DNA of 64,000 nucleotides from Blepharisma stoltei ATCC 30299 (GCA_965603825.1 CBFDEM010000032.1:620001-684000), one strand, 5' to 3'; shown: positions 13,651 to 25,948, counted from the stretch's first letter. Numbers and translations: made by a program. The notes: a model not told the origin generated them from the letters alone.

Positions 13651-14920
13651 TTACATAAGAGTAGGTGTCGGAGTTTTAGTAGAGCCATAAGAGAAGCTGG
13701 AAGATGCAGCTTTTCGTCGAGAAGAAGGAGCACAGTAAGGAGTAGAGATTTTTCGAGCAAAAATTCCATTAAGTGATAAGCTGTCTTCTTCAAGAGAAGA
13801 AGAAAGGTCGAAGGAGGCATTTTGGTTGGCAGATGATCGATTTTTTATATGGTGAATTCTTCGTCGATGAAAATTTTGAGAAGGAAGAACAGATGCAGGC
13901 CTCATTGACTCATTTAAAGACTTTTCGTGGTCTGCCATATACTCACTTAGTTTTTCCCTAATTTTCATACGGAGTCTAGGATTCTGCATTACCACTTTTG
14001 CATTTTTAAGCTCTTCCTGCAATGACTTAATATGCTCTTTAGCTCGATTATCAATAAGCTCCCTGACTTCTAGCTCTTTTTCAGCATTTTTTTTATATTT
14101 TTCGAATCTGCTTATATTTTACTCAATTTCCATCCTCTGTTTTACCTCTTCTCATTCTTTTTCCTTCATCTCAAAATTATTTTTCAAGTTTTCAATTTCT
14201 TTTTCGTAAAATTTTTTTAATTTTTCCTTCTTTTCTTTAGCCTTTTTTGCCTTTTCTTTAGCTTTATTTGTATCTTCTTGATATATAAGACAAACTTCTT
14301 TCATATTTTCTATTTGATTTGATAAATTTATAATTTCTTGAGAAAATTGTAGGCCGGGATTTTCTTTCGGTGATTTATTAGGGTCGGTTCCTAAAGACTT
14401 TAGATCGAGCCTTTGTGTGGAAAAAAAAATTTCAAGGTCGATTAGCATTGAAGTCAGTTGGGCAATAGTTTTGTCTTTATAGAAAGCAAGCATTTTAAGC
14501 TCTTCATATTCGTTAATTAAGCCTCCAATATCTTGGGTGTACTTAGTTTCGAGCTCTTTAAACATGTCTTTATAATGATTTTTCGTCCGATTTCGAATCA
14601 CAATTGAATTAGCAGCTAATTCTTCGTCTTTAGCTTGCCGTATCCTTGTGAGCTTTTCTTTGAGGATCTCGATTGATCAATTCGAGCCGATTTCGGTTGT
14701 GTTTTTGATATTAATTTCAGGGTTTAGATCTGGGATACTTGATTTCTGCTTTAAATCTTTTAATTGTTGAGATTTTTGAGAAAAGAGTTGATAAGCAAAA
14801 TTAGCAAAAATTTTATTTTGTAGAGGTGGTTTCTGATTCAAAAAATACCTTGTCAAGCTCAGTTCAAAATTCCAAATCTGAATCGTTAGATTCGGACCTG
14901 TTTGTATCGAGTTCTCCCAT
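13651..14920 (-). CDS. Coiled-coil protein, uncharacterised
   Basis: ORFs 14152..14601 and 13651..14022 are in frame via TGA; ATG 14920 joins after removing a 16-nt intron. Confidence 0.75.
14833..14848 (-). other. 16-nt intron GTATTTTTTGAATCAG
   Basis: Restores the frame between ATG 14920 and the downstream ORF; A at -6. Confidence 0.8.
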
Positions 14921-15445
14921 TTCTAAATAGAAATTGTATTTATAAGAAAATTTTAATTAGAAAAGTCAATACTTTTATTGTGAAAAAATTGTTGGAGTAA
15001 AGAAAAAAGTCATCTTTTCCTTAAGTAAAGAGCCTTTTTATTAAGTTTATAACTTCCTGTATAATTATTGCTATCTAATATCATTAATATTATTTAATTT
15101 AATCCAAAGCCATCAGCATGCTGATTAGATAATACTTTGACTGATTAAGCATATACTCTTTAATAATAAATACCATTAAAGCTTCATGCATACCAAGCTT
15201 ATTTTAGAGATTCTGCCTTGATCTGATATTTAATAAATAATGGTATTTTACTTTCTTTATCCCAAAATTTTCTCTTCCAGATATTTTGTTATAAATGATA
15301 AGATTGCATATTAAACGGTCTAAATTCTCATATATTCTCACACTGCTTACTTAAAATAACGCCAAAAAACAGTCTTATGCAAATTACTTATTTACTTATC
15401 TGTAAAATTTAATCTTTATAGACTCACTAAAATATTCTTAACCAA

Positions 15446-16057
15446 ATGTTTAGTGCTATTAAGCTAGGATTGATTATTTTTGTACTTATTAAAGACAGCA
15501 ACCTTTGTATAGAAGCCCTGACCTTAAGCTTTATTCTTATTGGTGCATGCGAAGCTTATGAGCTAATTTTTAGCTGCCTGGTTGTCATCCCTCCCTTTTT
15601 ATTTCATCAGAACGTTTCGCAAGGGACTATATATGCAGGACAGCTGATATATGAATTGTAATGTCCAATTAGGTTCCGAGCAATTTTTACTTTTGTAATG
15701 TCATATAATTTTATTGAAGAAGATGAGTGTACTATGAATATACGGTCTGGATTACTGGCGATTTATTTAATTATCAGTGCTTTTTTAGGGTATTTTATCT
15801 TCACAATTTTTATTATTTTATATTGTTGGCAACAGAAAGTAAAAAATCAAGAAAATTCAGAAGAAGTTAAAAATATATTGAATAAATATAAAACAGAGAT
15901 TCCGATAGCAGAAGTATGTGGTATTTGTTTAGAAAATGAAGGAGGAGAAAGCGTGGTATTAAGATGTGGGCATGGATTTCATTCAAAATGTATAGAGGGA
16001 TGGCTGGAAATTAAAAAACTTTGCCCTATGTGTAGATCAGAACAAGGAAGTTTTTAG
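15446..16057 (+). CDS. Membrane-anchored RING-H2 E3 ubiquitin ligase
   Basis: CGIC...CGHGFHSKC..W....CPMCR; several hydrophobic segments; two ORFs joined by the 15-nt intron 15658-15672; true start may lie further upstream. Confidence 0.85.
15658..15672 (+). other. 15-nt intron GTAATGTCCAATTAG
   Basis: Removes an in-frame TAA between in-frame ORFs; A at -6. Confidence 0.88.
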
Positions 16058-16156
16058 AGAAAAATTGTGATGAAATAGATTTTTTGCTTTTTTTGGAATT
16101 TTCAATAAAATAATTTTGCATTTCACTAGTCAAGTGTTTATCAGAAATTTCTTAAT

Positions 16157-17305
16157 TTATATTATAGTTCTTACTGGCCGAATTATCTGGGTCCGTGCCC
16201 GAATAATATTGCCAGCTACAAATCCTGTCAGTTTATCATAATCGTCCTCATCTAATATGTCTGTTTTTAATATTTGCTCCATCAAATCTTCAAATGTAAT
16301 GAGACCTTCAACTATGTCATCATCTCTGATAATTGCCATTTGAATTTTTTCAAATTTAAATTTTTGTAGCAGCTCTAACAAAGTCATTCTGGATCTTACA
16401 AAAAATGGATTTTTCAAAGGAATCTTTAAATCCTTTATAGCTTTTCCTTTTTCGACACCTAAAAGTGTTTTGACCATCAATATGCCAATGATATCATTTT
16501 TAAACTCACCATTATAAATAGGAACTCTACTATATCCTTGAACTAGCACCTCTTTTAGCTTCTTTTTGCCAAGAATTGTATCATTGCTTAAACAATACAT
16601 TTTCTGATATGGGATCATATGGTCTTTCACTATTTCTTTGCCTAAATCCATTGCTCCATGAATTATTTTAATCTGCCTAATAAAAAGTCCTGATTTTCTT
16701 CTTTCATTTTCGCTATTAACAATTGCTTGATGAAGCGAAATAAGCGTTTTCAGCTCATCATGCTTTAGTTTCTTCGTTGAATCTTTAATTCCAAAGACTT
16801 TATCTAGTAATTTAGCTATAGGATAGCTCAATGGAAATAAAAGGACTGTTATAAATTTCACGACAGGGCACATCCTGTATGCAATTTTTAGCTGATCAGG
16901 CCCAGTGCAGATAGCTTGTGGAAAAATTTCTCCAAAAATCATGACAAAGAGAACACTTATGACTATTGATAAGATTGGGGATACTATAGCTTCTAAAAAT
17001 AAAGGTAAAGCTTCCATAGCAGCAGCATTGCCAAGCAATAAAGTTACTAACACTAAATGATGGTTGCTTATAGTTGATAATATTTTTTCTGCTTGCTTTT
17101 TTTCTGAACTAGTGCCTGACTCAAGCTTTAATTCAAGATAAAATTCGTCTAATGATAAAAGACCGACTGTGAGGCCAGACATAAGCCCAGAGATAAATAC
17201 GAGTCCTAATGAAATCACACTATAGACGGTGTATACTTCGATGCTTTGCTCTTCTACTAGTGCGATAGCTTCAGCTTGTATTAATAAAAATAGGTAGATT
17301 ATCAT
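16157..17305 (-). CDS. CNNM/DUF21-CBS metal (Mg2+) transporter
   Basis: SGLMSGLTVGLLSLD, HHLVLVTLLLGN, FGEIFPQA, GYSRVPIY, CBS pair ending GLITFEDLMEQIL..DILDEDD. Confidence 0.92.
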   Translation of the reverse strand: MIIYLFLLIQAEAIALVEEQSIEVYTVYSVISLGLVFISGLMSGLTVGLLSLDEFYLELKLESGTSSEKKQAEKILSTISNHHLVLVTLLLGNAAAMEALPLFLEAIVSPILSIVISVLFVMIFGEIFPQAICTGPDQLKIAYRMCPVVKFITVLLFPLSYPIAKLLDKVFGIKDSTKKLKHDELKTLISLHQAIVNSENERRKSGLFIRQIKIIHGAMDLGKEIVKDHMIPYQKMYCLSNDTILGKKKLKEVLVQGYSRVPIYNGEFKNDIIGILMVKTLLGVEKGKAIKDLKIPLKNPFFVRSRMTLLELLQKFKFEKIQMAIIRDDDIVEGLITFEDLMEQILKTDILDEDDYDKLTGFVAGNIIRARTQIIRPVRTII

Positions 17306-17682
17306 AGTCTGTGAAATAATATTTTATAAAAATTTTTTGCATATTTTATATGTAAAAAATTTTCATAATAGAGATTTCAAACAGCAAAGAAATTTGATAT
17401 TATTTGGATAAGAAAATTAAATATTAGATTGCCAAATATTACTTAAGAATATTTTAAAATAGTATATGCATTTTATAAAAATTTGAGGTTGAATTGAAAA
17501 GGATTTGGGCAGAATAGCATATTGCTATCACATTTGATTTAAAAAGATAAATTTTTTAATAAAAATAATTATGGGGTATAAAGATCTTACTCACGAATTC
17601 ATTAATAGAGCTAGCAATTTTATTAATTAAACAAAGGTGTATATAAAAATTTTAAACAATGTGCATATACTTTGCCCATTAG

Positions 17683-17892
17683 ATGGGAGAAATTAGTCAA
17701 AATATATTAGGGAAAACAGCTGAAATTGAATCATTTAAAGGTTTGAAGTATTTTGGTACAATAGCTCAAATTAATTCACGAGCATTGACGCTGACACTTA
17801 TGAACGTAAAGCAGAAGGACAGCAAAGATTTTTTTAACGATTTTTTGGTATTTCGAGTAATCGATATGAAATATTTATGAATTAAAGAATAA
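17683..17892 (+). CDS. Stand-alone LSm14/Scd6-type LSm domain mini-protein (copy 1)
   Basis: ILGKTAEI...GLKYFGTI..IN....TLTL.NV...DFLVFRVIDMKYL; TGA 17878 read as Trp, then IKE and TAA. Confidence 0.65.
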
Positions 17893-18228
17893 TCAAAATT
17901 AATTCAATTTTTATTTAAACATTAAAGACAGGCTTTTAGGATTAAGGCTTTAATTTTCTGGTCATAAAAGTATGCATTCTTAGCTAGCTATAATTAAAAA
18001 ATAATCTATTTACTCAAAACAAAAATCTGCTAAAAGGGCGGAAACTAAAAAGATCACTCTTAAACCAAATTTAATGCTATTACAGTCTCTTTAAGTAAAA
18101 TATTTATTTCAAACGAATAATCATCAAATTTCTTTATTATATAGAAAAATTTTACTTTAAGAGCCATATTTCTAATGCCTCCATTTCTGGATTTCAGTTT
18201 AATTAAACAAGCCTTTATTATATAAAAA

Positions 18229-18486
18229 ATGATCAGGAGTAGCGTGCTAGGCAGAACAATTGAAATCACCACATTCAGAGGCATAAGATACTCAGGAACA
18301 ATCATCCAAGTTAATCCTCGGAGTCTCTACGTCACACTTTCCAAGGTCCGAAGAATTGGCAAACGCGAGACATTTTACGACTTTTTTGTCTTTAGAGCTA
18401 CTGATATACAAAATTTGTACTTTGATGAAGACCCTGCAATTATTTGTAGAGGACCAAAGGTAAACAAGCTTATCGATGCTAATTAA
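18229..18486 (+). CDS. Stand-alone LSm14/Scd6-type LSm domain mini-protein (copy 2)
   Basis: LGRTIEI...GIRYSGTI..VN....VTLSKVRRIG...YDFFVFRATDIQNL...DPAII matches the LSm14 N-terminal domain including its DPAI motif. Confidence 0.75.
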   Translation: MIRSSVLGRTIEITTFRGIRYSGTIIQVNPRSLYVTLSKVRRIGKRETFYDFFVFRATDIQNLYFDEDPAIICRGPKVNKLIDAN

Positions 18487-18690
18487 TAAATTTACTATTT
18501 TAGTAATCAAACCCTTAATAAAATTTTCTTTAAACGAGCACAAAAGCTATTTTTAAGCTATTGTCAAAACGATATAATACATTTGAGTATGAATTGCTAT
18601 TTATTAGTTAAATCAGTGTCTATTACTTATAAGTATAAATAATTAATTATGCTTAGAAATTATGATTTTATTAGCTGCTCTTATTCATAA

Positions 18691-19686
18691 TTAGTAGCCT
18701 CTTTTGACCTTCCTTTGACTATATGTTTGTAAGTTGGTCTGCTTCATATCTTCTATGTCGATTTTATATGACCTGCGAACCTGGATTATAGCTTCAGGGA
18801 CTTCATTTTGAAATGCTCATTCAATAACCCTTGAAGCTTCTGAGGTCATACTCTCCCACTTCTCATCGTCAATTTCGAAGCGCCATTGTTTTTCAGTAGA
18901 TTTAAGATATCTGCTATTGGTGAGGTTTTCTGAGCCATCATTCCTTAAAACAGTCGTAACTCTTTTTTTTCTTCCTTCTTGAATTTCTATTGCCGGATTC
19001 CTTAAGTTGATATAGCGTTGACTGTTCATTTCTCCTATATAAACTAGATCTTTGCTGCTTTGAAAAGCATTTTCAATGATTTCATTATCAGCTAGGCTAT
19101 AAGGCATAAATTCTCCATTATCACCTAGTTTTGATCATATAGCATTCTTCTTCAGTGTTTCATTACTGATTTTGGACTCTTCTTTAAGGTTTGAGGATAA
19201 AGGGTTTTGGATATTGTCTATACGTAGAAAACTTGAAATGATTTCTGTAGAATAATTATGAGGATTAATGAAATTATCGTTTACCAGAGTTTTTATCACT
19301 GCCTCATATGGACATCTAAATAGGCTACAAGTTTTATCAGTTCTTGAGAACTCGGTTGTCGTAAATATTTTCTTTATTAAGTTTTGAAGGGCTGATATGT
19401 CGACTTCAATAAGACCTAAAGTGCTTTTTAGCTTTTCTTTAATTTTTTCAAGCTCTTGATATGTTTCTTTTATTTTTTTGTCATTAGTTGAGTCTAAATC
19501 TTTGATAATTCTATATATATTTGAGACCGCCTGCACTCTTTCATTATAATCTGGTCTGAAGTAAAGATTATTAAGCTGATGCAAATCACCAATGTGAGAA
19601 TAGATGTGCTCTCTGCATAAGATTGTGGTTTTTCCATTGCATGAGCAAAAATACTCAGCGTATAATGGGCATTCAGAGCAATTCAT
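18691..19686 (-). CDS. B-box-like Zn motif / coiled coil / tandem WWE protein, copy 1
   Basis: CxxC-x7-CxC-x7-CxxH-x3-H N-terminus; ORFs joined by TGA at 19135 and 18817; ends YKIDIEDMKQTNLQTYSQRKVKRGY*. Confidence 0.8.
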
Positions 19687-19874
19687 ATGGGCTAAATTCT
19701 ATTTATATGGAAAGCATTTTTAAGCTTATAAGAAATTCTTAAGCGTTATAATTAAAAATACAGAATATTTTATTATTCTCAGAATCCTAAGAGAAAAAGA
19801 TCCTTTAAGATAGCTACCCAAAATCATCATAAATATATTTAAATGTCTAATTAGTCTTAATAAACTGTTATAGG

Positions 19875-19918
19875 AATTGCCCGAGGATGGCGCTATCTTG
19901 CGCCATCCTCGGGCAATT
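19875..19918. repeat. Perfect GC-rich inverted repeat, 19-bp arms and 6-nt loop
   Basis: AATTGCCCGAGGATGGCGC-tatctt-GCGCCATCCTCGGGCAATT. Confidence 0.95.
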
Positions 19919-20266
19919 AGTATATATCCTGTATGGTTTCAGTTATTTGTTCGTAATCATCAGCCTACAATCTAAGTCTCTTCTTATCTTTTGAGAATCT
20001 TAATTTATTTTAGAATTGATCTGCTATATATTTAAGTGGGGCGGCATGATTTCTTATTTTTACTCAAATTAAAACTTTATTATATTTTCCTAATATACCC
20101 ATTCGGCCATTCTTGAAATTTCATTCATCATTTCTTCTAGCCTTTTGCTACTTTAAAAATATCAGTGCTCAAGGTTAAACCTGGAGTCAAAATCCTATCA
20201 ATTGTCAATAATTTGCTTTGGGACAATATTTATACAAAACAAAAATTTATAGAAATCATAATAATT

Positions 20267-21439
20267 TTACTTATCAAGTTTATAATTATTCCTAGGAGTA
20301 ATAGGAGTAAATCAAGGGAGGTTGAAATCTGAATTTATAGACACTTCATCAGTTTGATAGCCTTTATTTAGAGTCGAACTACTACTCCTGTAGCCACTTC
20401 TTGGTATCATAACTCTCTCTGTATTATCAGTAGTTTTCTTTTTATTTTCTAAGCTGCGTCCTCTTTTGATATCTCGTTTATAATTTGTTTGTAAATTGAT
20501 TTGTTTTTTTTCATTTACATAAATTTTATACGAGTTACGATTTTGAACTCAAACTTCACGAATATTATTGTCAAGTGCCCATTCAGCTACTCTTGAAGCT
20601 TCTGAAGTCATTTTTTCCCATCCTTTATCGCCTTTAAAATACCACTGTTTTTCAAAAGTTGAGTTTAGATTTTTATTCGAATCGGATATTCGTGAGCCAT
20701 CATTCCTGATAACTGCTACAGCTTTTCTTGTTATTTCTTGGACTTCGATTTTTGGACATTTTAAATTTACGTAGCATTGGCTGTTTCTGTCTCCTATATA
20801 AGAGCGATCCTGTCCATTTTGATAATCATTTTCAATTCTTTCATTTTCAGCATGGCTATAAGGAACAAATTCTCCGTTTTCGCCAAGTTTTGATCAGATA
20901 ACTTTTTTAGGCCCTTCATTTAGAGCTATTTGTAAATTTGACAAATCTTGGCATAATAGATTGTCAAAATATAAAAAATTTGGGATTATTTCAGTAGAAT
21001 AATTCTGTGGATTTATAAATTTATCTTCTTTTAGAGCTTTCATTGTGTCCTCATAATTGGAATTAAATAGACTGCAGATTTTATCAAACCTTGAATATTT
21101 CGGAGCCGCAAATATTTTCGTTAAGAAATCATAGAGGTTTGATATATCTTTGTCTATATAATCTACAATGTTTTTAAGGTTATTTTTGATCTTTTCGAGC
21201 TCAATATAGCTTTCTTTTATTTTATTGGCTTTTTGTGCTTCTAAATCTTTAATTTTGTGACATAAATTTGAGGCGAGTTCATTCCTTTCATCAATGCTTG
21301 GGAAATAGTAAAGATTGCTTAGCTGATGCAAATCTCCAATATGATAATAGACATGCTCTTTGCACAGCATTGTTCATTTACTGTCACATGAACAAAAATA
21401 TTCAGCCTCAAATGGGCAGTTGAGAGCCGTACAATTCAT
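20267..21439 (-). CDS. B-box-like / coiled coil / tandem WWE protein, copy 2
   Basis: MNCTALNCPFEAEYFCSCDSKW(TGA)TMLCKEH; continues via TGA 20894 through WSKLGENGEFVPY and QWYFKGDKGWEKM; TAA at 20267. Confidence 0.8.
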
Positions 21440-21780
21440 ATTAAAATTCTATAAAACGAAAAGCATTTAGCTTATCTAAAATTCCAAAATAAGAACGCTT
21501 AAGGACTGTATCAAAAAAATATACAGATGCTTTAGGATTTGATATCTTACATAAATCTGTAGCATAAACAGCAAGAAATAAGTCTAACTTAAATTTTTAT
21601 TATACCAAAAAATACTATTTAGGTAGGGCTCCTCGTGACAACGTATAATCATCATAAATATATTTTAAGCATCAAGGTAAGAATGTGAAGAAGAGCTACT
21701 AGAACTTAGTTTGATAATAGCAATTTTAACCATTTTGCTACAAGGCAGTTTTGAAAGTTGTGATTAAATTATTAATACCC

Positions 21781-22520
21781 TTAGCCTCTTCTTCTAACTC
21801 GTTTGGTTCATTGCCTCTCTTAATCTCTTTTTATAATTTGTTTGCTTCACTTTTTTAAGTTGAGTTGGTATGATTTCTTATTTTTCGCTTGAACTATAGC
21901 TTTATTAATATATATGGCATGCGCATTCAGCAATTCTTAAATCTTAAGTAGTTGTTTCCTCCCATCCTTTGTTGCCTTTAGAATATCAAGACTCAATTTT
22001 ACTTTAATAACAAAAATCTCTGAATAATTTCTTGCAACATTTATAAGCTCTTTTCCAATGCGAATTTAATATACTTAGTTTTAAAAATGAGCATTGACTG
22101 TTGGACCTTATATACTAGCAAAAAATCTTTTTTGATATGCGTTTTTCATTATATCGTTACCAGCTTTCTCATAAGTGACAAGTTTTCATCAGCAGTAAGT
22201 TTTGTCCACACGCCGATATAATTTGGTATTTTTGCAAGAAATTGGTAAATATTTTGAATTTTATGACCTTTGGCCATGATTTGTTTTTTAATTTTTTGTT
22301 AATTTTTGCTACAAAAATTTGAAAATTGAATGACAGTTTTTTATTGTTTCTTCATGTGATGAATTAATTACAGGATTTTCAATCTTTGCAGAATTTTTCG
22401 AAAAAAATATTGTGTTTGCAAGGCAGCTAAGATTTCACATGTCTCCACCAATTGATTCTAAAAGTTTTGCTAGGAAATTGAATAGTTTAAAAAAAGAATT
22501 GTTTAGCCTTTAAAAATTTT
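21781..22520 (-). pseudogene. Degenerate WWE-array copy 3 (5'-truncated, many indels; upstream boundary approximate)
   Basis: Patchy nucleotide identity to copies 4/5 (e.g. aaggcagctaagatttca, gtatgatttcttattttt, shared RG* terminus) with no continuous frame. Confidence 0.7.
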
Positions 22521-22720
22521 ATGCAAATGCTTCAAAATTCTCCAAGAGATAGATCTATCAATTCACGGTTATAGCTAAGTTAATTTTTTACATAAATTCC
22601 TGGTATATATAACACAAAAAAGTCATTTTTGCTTTAGATTGAGCTAAAAAGGCTTGTTAGTTACTAGTTAAGGCTATTTATAATATATAAATATATTAAT
22701 CAAAGTCAGAATGTGATGCA

Positions 22721-23893
22721 CTAGCCTCTCTTAGTCGGTAAAGGTGATTTTTGTGAAGCTAACGCAATAGGCAGTGCATTTAAACCATTATCACTCTTAG
22801 TCTCTTCTTCTGCCTTGCTTGGGATATTGCCCCTTCTAATATCTCTTTTATAATTTGTTTTAGGATTAATCTGTTTCATGTTTATCAAGTCAAGTCGGTA
22901 TGATTTCTTATTTTCACCTTGAACTAAGGCTTCCTTATATTGTTTCCGATGCGCGTATTCAGCCATTCTTGAAGCGTCAGGAGTCATTACTCTCCATCCT
23001 TTGTCGCTTTTATAGTACCAAGACTCTAATATGGCTTTAGAGTCAAAAATTTCTGGGCTATTATTTCTTAAGACCTTTGTAATTAAGCTTCTCACTTCTT
23101 GGATTTCTAAAATTGGGGATGTTAATTTTACGAAGCATTGGTTGCCATCACCACCAATAGAAGCAAAAGGATCCTTTTTATGATATGCGTTTTCAATTAT
23201 TTCGTTATCAGCTTGGTTATAAGGAACAAAAGTTCCTTCCTCTGTAAGTTTTGACCACACTGCATTTAATTTTGGAAGTGGCATTTGTGCTCCTCTGTAG
23301 ACTGGGAAATCATTATTTATTTGAGCTTGTATTTTTGGAGCTGGTCCAACAGTAAATGGATAAGAAAGATCGCATAATGGCCTTTGATCTGAGTTTATAG
23401 CTTGTGTTTCACTATTTTTATAAGTTGGGCTGATTTTTGAAATAAAATTTTGAAGTCTTAGCCAACCATTGTCTTCAAGAAATTTTATTATGTTTTCATA
23501 TGAAGAATTAAATAGTGAAACGATTTTAGCATGCTCAATATTTGAAATACATGGAACAGTTAATTGCTTCAAAAAATAATTAAGATTTGATATGTCTCCA
23601 TCAATAATTTCTACTTCGTTTTTCAGTTTTTTTAAGATATCTTTGATAACTTGGTCATTTTCTTTAATTTTATTAGCTTTTATAGTTTCCAAAGTGCTGA
23701 TTTTAATTTTTATATTATTGAAAAGCTTAACCTTCTCTGGATAAGTTGGGTAATAATAAATTTTCTCAAAGAAATGTCAAGCACTCGGATTTTCATTTAC
23801 GTGGCGAAAAGCGTGCTTTTCGCAAACAACTGAGCTTTCACTCTCGCATATACAAAAATCTTCTGTCTCTGTGTTGCAAAAATAGCATCTCAT
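22721..23893 (-). CDS. B-box-like / coiled coil / tandem WWE protein, copy 4 (390 aa)
   Basis: MRCYFC..CIC..CEKH..H joined via TGA 23777; VWSKLTEEGTFVPY..IIENAY and WYYKSDKGW...YRLDLINMKQINPKTNYKRDIRRG. Confidence 0.85.
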
Positions 23894-24187
23894 TTGATTT
23901 GATTCTATAAATAATAATAATAATAATTTAATGATAAGTCTAATAAGAGAGACAAATTTATTCAAATAATCGAAATTATATAAATATAAAGAAATTTTAT
24001 AATTTAAAAAATTTGCAACAATTTAGAGTTGAGATATTTATTCTTCCAATTGAAAATTCAGACATTATGACGCATTTTTCAATTTAAAATATGTTTATCT
24101 AATTATATTTTTCTCTAATTAAAGCATGTATATAATTATCATAAATATTTTTAAGTATCAGAACTTGAAGAGCTGCTAGAGCTTAGT

Positions 24188-25261
24188 TTACGTTTTTTTT
24201 ACCTTGCCTAGCTCGTTGCCCCTTCTAATATCTCTTTGATAATTTGTTTTAGGATTAATCTGTTTCATGTTTACCAAGTCAAGTCGGTATGATTTCTTAT
24301 TTTCCCCTTGAATTAAGGCTTCCTTATAATCATTCTGATACGCGTATTCAGCTATTCTTGAAGCTTCAGGAGCCATTACTTCTCATCCTTTGTCGCTTTT
24401 ATAGTACCAAGGCTTTAATATGGCTCTAGAGTCAAAAATTTCTGGGCTATTATTTCTTAAGACCTTTGTAATTAAACTTCTCACTTCTTGGATTTCTAAA
24501 ATTGGGGATGTTAAACTTACGAAGCATTGGCTGCCATCACCACCAATAGAAGCAAAAGGATCTTTTTTTTGATATGAGCTTTCAATTATGTCGTTATCAG
24601 CTTGGCTATAAGGTACAAAAGTTCCATCTTCTGTAAGTTTTGACCACACTGCATTTGATTTTGGTATTTCTCTGTAGGTTTCAATACTTTGGAGACTAGG
24701 AATTTCTAAATTATTAGCTGGATTAAGCAAATATTTTGAATCTAAAGAGATTTGGTCTCGCCTTGTTACTTGAGCTTCCTTATAATGATATTTTGAGCTA
24801 ATTTTAATGAACTTTTGAAAATTTAATCAGCCATTATCTTCAAGGATTTTTATTGTTTGTTCATATGACGAATTAAACAGTGAAATAATTGCAGAATTCT
24901 CAATCCTTGAGAACTTTTTTGAAGAAAATATTGTCTTTATAAGGCAGCTAAGATTTCATATGTCTTCATCGATTAATTTTAATGTTTTTTGGAATTCATT
25001 TAAGATTCTTTCAATCTCTTTGCGTTTTTCTTTTATTTTATTAGATTTTATGGTCTCTAAAATGCTGATTTTTTCTTTTAGGTTATTGGCAAGCATAATT
25101 TTTTCTTGATTATTTGGATAATGATCAATCTTTTCAAACTTATGCGAAGCTAAAGGATTTTTGTTTGTGTGCCAAAGAGCATGCTTTTCACAAACAATTG
25201 AGCTTTCGCCTAAGCATAAGCAAAAATGCTCTGTTTCTGCCATACAGAAAAAGCATTTCAT
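24188..25261 (-). CDS. B-box-like / coiled coil / tandem WWE protein, copy 5
   Basis: Three ORFs in one frame; TGA lies where copy 4 has TGG (DNGW, DKGW). Confidence 0.85.
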
Positions 25262-25948
25262 TTGTTATCTTTCTATAAATAATAAAAATTTAATAAACAG
25301 CTTCTAATGTAAGTTTGTAAAGTGATAAAAATCAAAATGAACATATAAGAAAATTTTATAATTAATAAAAAAAGTAATTTCTTTAATTGTAAATTTAGCT
25401 ATTAAATTTGAATTAAAATTTCTGACTTTATAATATTGCTGGACAAATATTTTCTGCTTGAATTATACTTTGGGAGGTATTTTATTGATCAAATGAATAT
25501 TTTTGTGAAGATATATATTGATGGCGCATTCCTCAATTTAAATATTCATGAATAAATAGATTAAAGCTTCTCTTATTTTTCTCCGAATATATATCTGAAT
25601 CAGAGATCTTCATTTATTACTCACTTTATAAATTATAATTAACGAATCTCCTAAATCTATTTCAAATCTTCTAAAATTGGCTTTCAGCTTCTAATTCTTA
25701 ATTAGAATTTATTCTAATTTTCCACTCATAGTCAGATGTGGTATAAATAATGAAATTATAAATATTATTTAAAATCAATGACTATTAACCATAAATATCT
25801 TAGCACAAATCCACATAAAACCTAGATTTCCATAATCCTCAAATTTTATGAAATATACCAAAATATCTTCCTTCTGGGGAAAAAATTATTCTCAGATATG
25901 ATCGAATAAAGCCATATTTTCGAGCATTGGGGAAATAATAAAAATAAA

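Noticed and set aside
13624-13653. Intron fusing the coiled-coil gene to the kelch gene
   Set aside because: GTAAC at the stop has no AG at position 15/16; the kelch gene has its own ATG
15402-15421. 20-nt GT...AG intron extending the RING-H2 gene to ATG 15377
   Set aside because: Length is atypical and removal does not give a clean in-frame fusion
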